Shown one piece after another: positions 8,760-17,496 of a stretch of DNA of 64,000 nucleotides (within the stretch, counting starts at the first letter, position 1; each line of letters begins with the position of its first letter). The notes under the pieces were generated by a model. It was not told where the DNA came from, made no database searches, and saw only the letters and a program-made list of their open reading frames with translations. The stretch spans positions 32,001-96,000 of the IMG/VR virus record IMGVR_UViG_3300023174_000047; one strand, 5' to 3'. Both the position numbers and the translations under genes were made by a program. The stretch is from a virus (Duplodnaviria; Caudoviricetes).

Positions 8760-9692
8760 TTATTGTTTTGTTGTTTTAATATGGCAATATTCAATATTAC
8801 TCAACGAACCGTGCAGTAGTGTCTCACATGAAACACGTTCCGGATTGATATCAATGCCGCCGCGACGAGCATACAAACAAATGACTGACAATGCATCTGG
8901 CTGCAGCACATCATGCAAACGCTTGTAAATGGTCTCACAAATCTCCTCATGAAAGTGGCACTCATCACGGAAAGAAATGATGTAGCGCAGCAGTGATTCA
9001 GGAGTCACAGTCTTGCTACCGTTGTAATGAATCAAAATATCACCAAAATCTGGCTGCGAAGTTACACGACAATTACTTTTGAGTAATGCACTATGATACT
9101 TGTATGTGTTACGGTTGAAACCACGATGCTTTGCATGATCAATGACTTCAAGTAGGTCGGGTGTCTCTTGATACACAGTCACCTCACCATCATCATCATA
9201 AATATTTTCAAGAGTCTCATACTCTTCGAGCATGTACTCATCTATTACAGATGTTTGCTCACAAATTGCTTCATAATTGCTGAAAACCTTGACTTGAACG
9301 TCAGTCTCTAACAACTGACTCAAATCACGTGATGCATGTGCTGCAATGGCGTCGCGGACTTCATCTGCTGTTTCAGCCAATTTGGTCATGTTGAATGAAT
9401 TGAAATACAATTTGATGGATTTAGATTCAACAATATACTTACTAGAGCAAGGGTACACAATCTTTCCGATGCCTGTAACAGGCAATCCTTTGTGTGTGAG
9501 TGCAGATATCTCATAAGCATTCCATGTATCATTACCATAGAAAGGTATGTTATCATCTGAAATATCTAGATGCTTGCGGTTGTTGCTACGAGGCTCTCTT
9601 ACAAGAAGAGATGCATCATACTGAGACTTGTACTCCGAGGTCTTGCCGAGATGTACGCTAATGTTGCTGTTATCGAGTTGGGTTTGTGCCAT
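8760..9692 (-). CDS. queF: NADPH-dependent preQ0 (7-cyano-7-deazaguanine) reductase, bimodular type
   Basis: LGKTSEYKSQYDASLL, DTWNAYEIS, IVESKSIKLYFNSFN, LLKSNCRVTSQPD (catalytic Cys), FHEEICE and YARRGGIDINP. Likely start MAQTQ at 9692. Confidence 0.95.
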   Translation of the reverse strand: MAQTQLDNSNISVHLGKTSEYKSQYDASLLVREPRSNNRKHLDISDDNIPFYGNDTWNAYEISALTHKGLPVTGIGKIVYPCSSKYIVESKSIKLYFNSFNMTKLAETADEVRDAIAAHASRDLSQLLETDVQVKVFSNYEAICEQTSVIDEYMLEEYETLENIYDDDGEVTVYQETPDLLEVIDHAKHRGFNRNTYKYHSALLKSNCRVTSQPDFGDILIHYNGSKTVTPESLLRYIISFRDECHFHEEICETIYKRLHDVLQPDALSVICLYARRGGIDINPERVSCETLLHGSLSNIEYCHIKTTKQ

Positions 9693-10227
9693 ATTGTTTG
9701 AGTGTTTCTTTGATTGTGTGCATGCGCTGTTCAATGCTACCAGCTAATTTAACAATTTGTTCTGGTTTGCAATAATTATTTAAATAAGAATCAATCCGCT
9801 GTGCAATATCATTTCTAAAATCAATGCTGGTTGATCTTTCACCATCATCAACCAAGTCAAAATCTGCTGAACAATAGAAAAAGATATCCACTTTGTTAAT
9901 AAGCAAACTAACTAAATGCCATGCATACTCATGCACCCACGTGCTTACTTTTCCATGTTTATAAAGCCAGTGCGTATATATTAACCCATCAACGATGCAT
10001 CTATCCATAATAACATCACCTTTAATGAACGAATTGGCAAGATGTTGATTGAGTATTAGCAATTGAGTCATATCACCTGCCTGCTCGTTGATGGGTACAT
10101 TATACTGTCTCTTGACAAGACGAGTAACCTCTTCTACATATGTAAAATTATCACCAAATTCTTGCTTGCACAATTTAAGAAGAGATGATTTACCAGTGCT
10201 ACCTGCTCCTGTGAATGATATTACCAT
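9670..10227 (-). CDS. P-loop nucleotide-monophosphate-kinase-like protein (AAA_28/NadR-kinase-like)
   Basis: N-terminal ISFTGAGSTGKSS Walker A, MDRCIVD and DDGERS. Likely start 10227. Confidence 0.8.
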   Translation of the reverse strand: MVISFTGAGSTGKSSLLKLCKQEFGDNFTYVEEVTRLVKRQYNVPINEQAGDMTQLLILNQHLANSFIKGDVIMDRCIVDGLIYTHWLYKHGKVSTWVHEYAWHLVSLLINKVDIFFYCSADFDLVDDGERSTSIDFRNDIAQRIDSYLNNYCKPEQIVKLAGSIEQRMHTIKETLKQYGTNPTR

Positions 10228-10231
10228 GTTG

Positions 10232-10792
10232 TTACAATATTGTGTTAATGAATTTCTTCCACTGTTCAATAGAAGTTTTTTTGAGAGTATTAATCACTTC
10301 ATCAGCATTTTTGCAATGAGCAATTGTTACTTTGTCATATGATGCAATGGGACCACCATCAATTTCAGATGTGACTCTATGAATAACACATCCACTCATA
10401 GGCATCTTCAGATCATATGCTTTTTGCTGAGGATCTTTACCTTTGAGTTGAGGAAACTTTACAATATCTCCTGGGTGTCCATTGAAGATCTGGTGCTGTT
10501 CACAAACATCACCAGGTACAATTTTTAGCCACCCATGCAAAGTAACAACTGGATCTTCATACGGTGAAAAAGCATTGAATAACGATTTATATGTTTTGCT
10601 GTTGATAATATCTTTATAAGATAACCAAATTAAATTGGTATTACCCCACTTGCTTATATCCACTTCTTCAGCATTTGTAATGACTGCATCTGGCCAAATG
10701 CCAAGCTCTGAGCATACTGCATGCAGCTCACTACCCGTCTGCGAGAACATTGCTATCCAACAACGCTTTGTTTTTTGTTTATTTTCTTTCAT
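10232..10792 (-). CDS. PurN-like formyltransferase, candidate dPreQ1 formyltransferase (DpdN-like)
   Basis: AMFSQTGSEL, FNGHPG, GKDPQ and GCVIHRVTSEIDGGPI formyltransferase motifs; located between queF and the dpdA-like gene. Confidence 0.85.
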   Translation of the reverse strand: MKENKQKTKRCWIAMFSQTGSELHAVCSELGIWPDAVITNAEEVDISKWGNTNLIWLSYKDIINSKTYKSLFNAFSPYEDPVVTLHGWLKIVPGDVCEQHQIFNGHPGDIVKFPQLKGKDPQQKAYDLKMPMSGCVIHRVTSEIDGGPIASYDKVTIAHCKNADEVINTLKKTSIEQWKKFINTIL

Positions 10793-11586
10793 CCTGCAAT
10801 AATGTGTTTGAAGTTTTTAATGTTGTATTTGATCTTTCTCATTTGTTCATCTGTAACCTCTGCATCAATCATTTCAACAAGTTTCTGTGACGGTTTAATC
10901 TCTAAACCAAATTCTCCGTTGTATGCATATCCCTTGATACCACACACGACAGGATTGCTTGTGTCTACAGAGTAGATGTTGCCTACGCCTTTGCGGGTAT
11001 AATTAGAAAATTCACGAGCAAGCGAACACCCCAGCAAGTGATGTGGTTTGTTATGATTCCAGATACCATCGTGAATCAAATCATCAATGAGTGAAATTCT
11101 GCCATTGCATTGAAGTTCAAGTTTAGTATTACCCAGCCCAGTGAATTGATAATAAGACATATCAAAGCTAATGGCAATCATATTAGCATTATCCGACATA
11201 AACTTATAGCAATCAACAATCTCACCATAAGTTTTACCTTGAATTGTTCCAATTCTCATGCCCGGCAGATCATCATATGTAGATGCAAACTTAATGAAGT
11301 TCTCAATAGTTTTATAGCCATCTTCTAGTACATCAGGAAGAACATAATATGTTGGTTGTAGTTTTTTAATCCATTCAGCATATTTTTCCGATTCAAATGC
11401 TTCACCCAACTCAAAAATACTATTATCAAGCAGTACATCTCTGCCTTGCTGACGAGCATAAAAAAAGTATTCGTAATACTGCGGGTGTGTCTCAAATAAA
11501 TGAACTAACGCATATGAATAGTCTGTTAAATCATCAACTTCTTTCATGATGCTAATGGGTGCCTCGTGGGCTACTTTGATTTTCAT
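10789..11586 (-). CDS. dpdA: TGT-like DNA deazaguanine transglycosylase (DpdA family)
   Basis: TIM-barrel-like pattern LLDNSIFE, VLPDV, IGTIQG, HHLLG and SVDTSNP, comparable to TGT/DpdA; co-transcribed with queF and the formyltransferase. Confidence 0.75.
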   Translation of the reverse strand: MKIKVAHEAPISIMKEVDDLTDYSYALVHLFETHPQYYEYFFYARQQGRDVLLDNSIFELGEAFESEKYAEWIKKLQPTYYVLPDVLEDGYKTIENFIKFASTYDDLPGMRIGTIQGKTYGEIVDCYKFMSDNANMIAISFDMSYYQFTGLGNTKLELQCNGRISLIDDLIHDGIWNHNKPHHLLGCSLAREFSNYTRKGVGNIYSVDTSNPVVCGIKGYAYNGEFGLEIKPSQKLVEMIDAEVTDEQMRKIKYNIKNFKHIIAG

Positions 11587-11692
11587 GTGGTATGATAGTC
11601 TATATTAACAAGAAATCTACATAAAACGCATGCTAGATGTTGTAATTTTTCTTTTGTATTTGAACGCTATTACACAACTTAAATATATACAT

Positions 11693-12259
11693 ATGCTACC
11701 AAAAATAGGCAGTTTTCTTAACAATGCTACAAGTACTTTTGATCAACTTACCAAAGTTGCAAAAGGCATCATGTGTATACCATCATTGATTGGTTCTTTA
11801 TTTAAAGGTGGAGGTTTAAAATCTTTTGGTGCTGCTGTTTTAGGCGCTGCAGCAAATATTATTAATACCATTGTTCAGAATGAAATAGCACTCATCGGAA
11901 ATTTAATATCACAGACGCTTCAGCAATTATACAGAGATATTCTCAGCATAATTAATACTTTCAAAGCAATTTTTCTCACCGTTGCAGCACTGCGTAAAAA
12001 AGTAATTGACACAATAAGTTACATCAAAAATACTGAAAATTGTACTTTTGCAGGTGCAAATATGCTTTCCTGTATTCTTGTATCTGCAACTAATTTACAA
12101 AAAACGCTGCAAAAACCTGCACAGCAGCTGACACAATTTAACAATAGCTTATACGATGCTGTGGGTGGAAATTCAGGAACTCTTAATAACTATGTTAATA
12201 AAAATCTACAATTTTTTGACAAAGCAAAAATGCAGATGAATTTACAAAATTATCTATGA
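11693..12259 (+). CDS. Hypothetical protein, probably baseplate-associated
   Basis: Likely start MLPKIG at 11693; overlaps the start of the gp5-like gene. Confidence 0.6.
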   Translation: MLPKIGSFLNNATSTFDQLTKVAKGIMCIPSLIGSLFKGGGLKSFGAAVLGAAANIINTIVQNEIALIGNLISQTLQQLYRDILSIINTFKAIFLTVAALRKKVIDTISYIKNTENCTFAGANMLSCILVSATNLQKTLQKPAQQLTQFNNSLYDAVGGNSGTLNNYVNKNLQFFDKAKMQMNLQNYL

Positions 12260-14718
12260 ATACAAACGATCAGTTACTCCCAAGTGAGGAGTCAACAAAC
12301 ATTAAACAAATGGTGCTGGAGACAAATATATATGGAACAAAGCATCTTGGATTTTATCGAGGCATAGTTATTCAAAACAATGACCCGGAGCGTCGTGGAC
12401 GTGTCAAGGTATATATACCCGCACTTGCACCTCAGATTAAAGAGTGGTATGGTGAATCAAGTGATGTAGATAAGAGCTTTAGATTTCCCGCTGGCTCTAA
12501 CATTTATAAAGACAAGGCATCTCTCAGTTCAATTGAAAAATATGCAAAAAAAATTATTCCATGGGCTGAACAAGCTGCATCACTTGTGGGCAGCGGCTCT
12601 TCTGGAGTGTATTCAGCAAAAGATGATATCGCAACAATTAGTGACAGTAGCACCAATAAACTTCCTGGCGCGGGTGGATCTCTTAATGTGGATGGCATTG
12701 GTGAGAAGCCTGGGTTTTTATACGAAACCCCAACTGGACAACTCAAAGATGGCTTTGGTGCATTTACTGACGATATGATGCCTGAATCAAATCCATATGC
12801 ATTTCAATTCAAGCCATCAACATATAGCAACTGTACCAAAGGTTTATTTGCTGTGCCTGATGTAGGTGCAAGCGTGTGGATATTTTTTGAGAATGGTAGC
12901 ATTGAGACACCCATTTATTTTGCTTATAGTTATGATAAAAATGACTGGCAAAAAATCAATGAGATGGTCAATACTGATATCCCAAATGCAGGCATCAATT
13001 ACCCTGGAGCTTATGAAAACTCCGGAAGTAATGATCCACAGAAGTATAAAAAAGGCAAAATGGTACTCAATTCAAAAGGAGGCACCATTGAAGTAGTTGA
13101 TACAGATAATAATGAATCATTAAAATTAACTCATCCGAGCGGCTCATTTATACAAATGCATAAACTTGCTTATACAACTTTATGCACTGGCAACGATCAA
13201 AAATTAATACTTAAATCTCAATTTGAGACCGTTGAAAATTCAAAAAATGTTCATGTAAGAAAAGTATATAATATTGGTGTAGACGAAACTAGATGGTGCC
13301 GCATTGGTGACTGGAAAAATATTAATGCTTATCAACAATGGGTTGAACTCAATAGACCCATTGCAGATACAAGAGCGAGATTTGCTATCAAACGTAGCGC
13401 CGGTGCACCATTAGTATCGTCTCTGCTACCACCTGCAGGCAGCATCAGTCAGACCCAAGAAGGAACTTTTGCTGACAATCCAATTCTTGCTCAAACACCA
13501 GTTGCAGTTACATCGGCACCTATACCAAACGAAATATACGTTGAGATGCCCAAAGCAAGTGATTTAACTGGTAACCAAGCTAGTACACTCGAAACAGCAG
13601 TGAAGCAAGTATCAGAGCCTTCATCTTTTGCGCAACCAGCAACTATTCCTCCAGAAGAATTTTTAATTGCTGCAGGAGAAAGCGGTTCAAATAATTTTTC
13701 TGGTACAGATGCTGAACTTTCCTCTTCAACACAAGATGGGGAATGGGCACCGGATACTGAATATAATAACTTGAAAGATTTAGAAACAGCTCAATCAGAG
13801 CGAATGCTGCAGTATGAGAAAAAATTTGGCAACGGTGGTGATGATAATACACAAATCATACGTCATAAATATGAAATAGTAGGTGCTGCTTTTAATGATT
13901 CACCAAGTGTTCGTGTTGATCCTGTAGGTCGCATGGAATTTAATGAAATGCTTATTTGTTCTGAAACAGTATTTGCGTCTCAAAAGCCAAGCCCACTTGT
14001 GGAGCGTGTTGCTAATGACGGTAAATATCCGTGCGGCAATTATACTTTGACTATTTGCAATGGCTTTTACTGTACAGCTGGCAGTGGTGGCATCGGCCTC
14101 CGCACAACAGGAACTTTCGACATTGCTGGATCACAAGTGGTAGTATCTGGATCCAATGAAATTATCGTTAGTTCTTCTGGAGATGTTAAAATTACATCTG
14201 GTGGCAGGTTCAATGTTACTGCAGATGTAATTACGCTAAGTCAGACACAAAACAAGCAAGTAGGCATTGATTGCAGCCTTGGTGTTAAAAATAATGTAGT
14301 TATTGGCGGTGGCACGTATGTAGAAGGTGAACTGTATGTCAATCATGTGACTGCTCCTGCTGAAATTCAAGAGACAGAGTTAATTGAAGTGTATGGCAGA
14401 CCAGACAACATAATTCCAAAGGTAATTGGGTTTGTGTTTGTCGTTAATACATGGTTGCCGGTATATTCATGTGTACCTGCAGCGGGTTTGTTTAACGATC
14501 CGGATAGCATCATCACAGTTCCACATTCACACAATTTTAGAAATCTTCCGCTCAATCTAGTTGATAACAACATTAGTCTGAGAAGATCTGCGATGCAAAT
14601 GAACAAAGGGACAACGCCAGCTGTAGCTGGCGTTGTTACAAATGGTAAAAAAGAAATTACTGAAGTCGCAATGCCTGAATCAGAGAATTTCGTCGACCAA
14701 CCCATATTCCAAGCATAG
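12256..14718 (+). CDS. gp5/VgrG-like baseplate hub-spike protein
   Basis: OB-fold motifs YRGIVIQNNDPERRGRVKV and AVPDVGASVWIFFENG; THPSGSFI; Gly-rich C-terminal beta-helix. Confidence 0.85.
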   Translation: MNTNDQLLPSEESTNIKQMVLETNIYGTKHLGFYRGIVIQNNDPERRGRVKVYIPALAPQIKEWYGESSDVDKSFRFPAGSNIYKDKASLSSIEKYAKKIIPWAEQAASLVGSGSSGVYSAKDDIATISDSSTNKLPGAGGSLNVDGIGEKPGFLYETPTGQLKDGFGAFTDDMMPESNPYAFQFKPSTYSNCTKGLFAVPDVGASVWIFFENGSIETPIYFAYSYDKNDWQKINEMVNTDIPNAGINYPGAYENSGSNDPQKYKKGKMVLNSKGGTIEVVDTDNNESLKLTHPSGSFIQMHKLAYTTLCTGNDQKLILKSQFETVENSKNVHVRKVYNIGVDETRWCRIGDWKNINAYQQWVELNRPIADTRARFAIKRSAGAPLVSSLLPPAGSISQTQEGTFADNPILAQTPVAVTSAPIPNEIYVEMPKASDLTGNQASTLETAVKQVSEPSSFAQPATIPPEEFLIAAGESGSNNFSGTDAELSSSTQDGEWAPDTEYNNLKDLETAQSERMLQYEKKFGNGGDDNTQIIRHKYEIVGAAFNDSPSVRVDPVGRMEFNEMLICSETVFASQKPSPLVERVANDGKYPCGNYTLTICNGFYCTAGSGGIGLRTTGTFDIAGSQVVVSGSNEIIVSSSGDVKITSGGRFNVTADVITLSQTQNKQVGIDCSLGVKNNVVIGGGTYVEGELYVNHVTAPAEIQETELIEVYGRPDNIIPKVIGFVFVVNTWLPVYSCVPAAGLFNDPDSIITVPHSHNFRNLPLNLVDNNISLRRSAMQMNKGTTPAVAGVVTNGKKEITEVAMPESENFVDQPIFQA

Positions 14719-15213
14719 AGTAGAATCAATCCACAAATCAGATTTGAGAAGCTCTTCCATTCTTTTTGTTGTGAGTTTTGAATACTTTTTGTAAATTAAT
14801 TTGATGATTCCCATGAACTGTCTGGTATTCTTGATTTCGTCTTCCATTTCATCTAGCTTGCCACTGCTCTCACTTCTCACCTGATGAATAAGCATGCAAG
14901 AATATTTGCCTATGAATCGGCGGGTACCAACACATGAAATAAGAGTTGCAGCACTTGCTGCACCGCCGTCCACATATGTATATACTTTGCTTTTGAGTGT
15001 AAGAATTGTATCAATGGTCGCTAATGCAGCAACTACTGATCCACCAAAAGAATTAATGTGCAGGTGGATGATCGGATCAGATTGATTTGCAATTTCTTGA
15101 TCAATTTTTTTCAGTGTTGCATTTAAATGCAAACATGTTTCTGTATCAATATCAGCATAGAACCAGACAGTATTACCATGATGTACTAGAAATTCTTTAA
15201 TAAAGTCACTCAT
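14680..15213 (-). CDS. clpP: ClpP-like serine protease
   Basis: HINSFGGSV, AASAATLI (Ser), MLIHQ (His) and DLWI (Asp). Confidence 0.88.
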   Translation of the reverse strand: MSDFIKEFLVHHGNTVWFYADIDTETCLHLNATLKKIDQEIANQSDPIIHLHINSFGGSVVAALATIDTILTLKSKVYTYVDGGAASAATLISCVGTRRFIGKYSCMLIHQVRSESSGKLDEMEDEIKNTRQFMGIIKLIYKKYSKLTTKRMEELLKSDLWIDSTLCLEYGLVDEIL

Positions 15214-15373
15214 TTGTTTTTAAATCTATTATAAATTGTTTAATTATATTAACATTTGCATCCAAAATGCCTTCAAATATTACATCTGTTTCTTCCATAA
15301 TGGTGCTGTGTGTTTTCTGGTCCTTTAATTTCTCCAGATAGGCAGTCCATTTGCTAATGAGTTTTTGATTCAT
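15206..15373 (-). CDS. Small hypothetical protein (55 aa)
   Basis: Hand-translated MNQKLISKWTAYLEKLKDQ...; fills the nrdB-clpP gap and overlaps the clpP start. Confidence 0.5.
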   Translation of the reverse strand: MNQKLISKWTAYLEKLKDQKTHSTIMEETDVIFEGILDANVNIIKQFIIDLKTNE

Positions 15374-15379
15374 ATATAT

Positions 15380-16381
15380 TTAGAAATCATCGGCTAAAGC
15401 TCCTGCAGATTGATACTCAGTTACACGAGTTTCAAAGAAATTCTTTGCTTTAAGTAAATCTTGCACTTCGGATAAGAAGTCAAAAGGATTTTTATCGTTT
15501 TCAAATCTAAACTTCATGCCCACACTCTCAAGTCGGCGATTGCCAATGTATTGCATATAATCAATAAACATGGTGGGGCTGAGCCCTATAATTCCGGGAG
15601 GCAAGACATCTTGTGCATACTTTGTTTCAAGTATCACAGCTTCTGCCAGACATTCAGTCAGGTCTTTTTCAAATTCTTCATTCCATACATCTGGATATTG
15701 CTCTTTAATCTTAGTAATGAGCGATGCACCAAAAGCAATGTGTAATGATTCATCACGTAAGGTATATTCAATCTGCTCTCCAATGCCGGGAATTTTATTT
15801 TTAATGGCTAGCATCATGGCAAAACCGCTAAAAAAGAAAGTACCTTCACATACAACCCAGTATAAAAATGCAGCCTTGGTGATTGCTCGTCGCCCTTCAA
15901 CTGTACTTGCATCAATATCTTTGTTGATAGTCTTAGTTACGCGCATCAAAAAGTCATCTTTAGCTTTAATGCTAGGAATGTTGTTGTGTGCTTCATACAC
16001 TTCATTGAGGTCAAGTTTGAGCGAATCACAGATGTAAACAACAGTATCATTGTGCAAACATTCTTCCCAAATCTGCCGCGCCATGTATTGGCGACATTCA
16101 GGATCTGTAATGTGTTTGAACAAGGTGACTAGGTTATTACCAACTAGAGATTCAGATCCAGCAAAAAAGCCCAAGCAGCGCTTAATCACAGTCTTTTCTG
16201 CATCAGTAATAGTACCACTATTCCAATTGAGAATATCTCTAGTCATTGGAACATCTTCTGGATTCCAATGATTATTTTTACCTTTGCGATACAACTCCCA
16301 AGCCCATTTATTAACATGCGGCAAAATTTGATTGACGCCCTCTGTATTCTTACCAAAAATTTCGCCTGTTTTCTTATGCAT
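15380..16381 (-). CDS. nrdB: Ribonucleotide reductase class Ia beta subunit
   Basis: NHWNPEDV, QIWEECLH, Tyr radical position (VYEAH), CEGTFFFSGF, RDESLH and NFFETRVTEYQ. Confidence 0.97.
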   Translation of the reverse strand: MHKKTGEIFGKNTEGVNQILPHVNKWAWELYRKGKNNHWNPEDVPMTRDILNWNSGTITDAEKTVIKRCLGFFAGSESLVGNNLVTLFKHITDPECRQYMARQIWEECLHNDTVVYICDSLKLDLNEVYEAHNNIPSIKAKDDFLMRVTKTINKDIDASTVEGRRAITKAAFLYWVVCEGTFFFSGFAMMLAIKNKIPGIGEQIEYTLRDESLHIAFGASLITKIKEQYPDVWNEEFEKDLTECLAEAVILETKYAQDVLPPGIIGLSPTMFIDYMQYIGNRRLESVGMKFRFENDKNPFDFLSEVQDLLKAKNFFETRVTEYQSAGALADDF

Positions 16382-16401
16382 ATTGTTGTGTATTTATGTG
16401 T

Positions 16402-16644
16402 TTATAGTAATTGCAAATTTGTAAAGTCAAGAAGTTTTTTCCTCAAACTTTGATAAATTTCCTTACCTTCTTCATTTACCTGTGCTTCACATTGCTGCAG
16501 TTTTTTAATTAAACGAGGTAATCTGAAACCCTGCAAAATAACTATATCTACATTCATCTCACAATTTTGTTGTGCAATGTATATAAGCATGCTAAGTTCA
16601 TCTGATGTCAATTCAGTTTCAAGCCAATGTCTGTGTAGTAACAT
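16402..16644 (-). CDS. Hypothetical protein
   Basis: 80 aa ORF co-oriented with the nrd genes. Confidence 0.55.
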   Translation of the reverse strand: MLLHRHWLETELTSDELSMLIYIAQQNCEMNVDIVILQGFRLPRLIKKLQQCEAQVNEEGKEIYQSLRKKLLDFTNLQLL

Positions 16645-16656
16645 AAATATAAAAGG

Positions 16657-17490
16657 ATGCGAATGTTATTTGAAAATTATTATAATGATGCGTTAAAGTT
16701 CAGTGAACAACTGTATCGTAACCTTCTTAAAAATCCACCGGCTCCTTCAGATGAAGTTGCGGGTAATAGTTTAGTAACTATTGTGCATGGAACACCAGAT
16801 ATAATAGTTACCTTTTATAAAGCTGCATTATCTAGAAAAGATGATTCACAGGCTTACATGATAAATATGCATCAGGACAAGCGTACCACTGTAGTTACAC
16901 CGGCAGGTCACAAACGCCGCCGCAAATTAGTAGTCGATGGATCCATGGGCATAAATGTTGCAAATATTATTCAACTATATAAGCACCAAATAAGTGATTA
17001 TGATGTGTTAAAACCATACATCAAAAAAGTTGGAAAGAATGCTTATGCTTTTGATGACCGTATTACAATGAATATTTTCCTTAACATTGTAATGGATTTA
17101 ATTACAACCAACATCTTTGCAAAAATATTTACTCATGAAATACAGCACTTTTATAATCCTTTTGTGCATAAGCGTGCAGAGCAAATACGGAAACATGAGA
17201 CAGGAGAAAAACTTACTGCACAGCAACAGCGAGATATAAACTATACGTTTTCAGATCAAGAAATTAATAGCCGCATAACAGAAGCAGCTGCAAGCATTAT
17301 TGGCAACCCTATTTTTGCAAGGTACTTCTCATCACCTAAATTTCTCCCACGCTTCATCAATGCATGCATTGATGAATTGAGAGTTGAAAGGCTGTGGGAA
17401 GATTACCCTGAAGCAATCAAGCGAAAAATGGTCAAGCGCTGGACTCAAATATTTCACGAAAGAGTGAATAAAGATCCAGCGCTTGATTGA
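16657..17490 (+). CDS. Hypothetical protein with HExxH zincin motif
   Basis: IFTHEIQHFY plus downstream QEINSR; CATAAATA at 16642-16649. Confidence 0.6.
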   Translation: MRMLFENYYNDALKFSEQLYRNLLKNPPAPSDEVAGNSLVTIVHGTPDIIVTFYKAALSRKDDSQAYMINMHQDKRTTVVTPAGHKRRRKLVVDGSMGINVANIIQLYKHQISDYDVLKPYIKKVGKNAYAFDDRITMNIFLNIVMDLITTNIFAKIFTHEIQHFYNPFVHKRAEQIRKHETGEKLTAQQQRDINYTFSDQEINSRITEAAASIIGNPIFARYFSSPKFLPRFINACIDELRVERLWEDYPEAIKRKMVKRWTQIFHERVNKDPALD

Positions 17491-17496
17491 GTTCTA

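Noticed and set aside
8760-9692. QueF-like amidinotransferase (archaeosine) rather than reductase
   Set aside because: The protein is bimodular and keeps the ESKSIKLY NADPH-binding QueF motif, which indicates a true nitrile reductase.
10232-10792. Ordinary PurN for de novo purine synthesis
   Set aside because: No other pur genes are in the window and it is embedded between queF and the dpdA-like gene. Ranked lower, but not excluded without an assay.
11587-11692. PreQ1 riboswitch upstream of the que/dpd operon
   Set aside because: The region is short, AT-rich and promoter-like, with no recognisable preQ1 aptamer.
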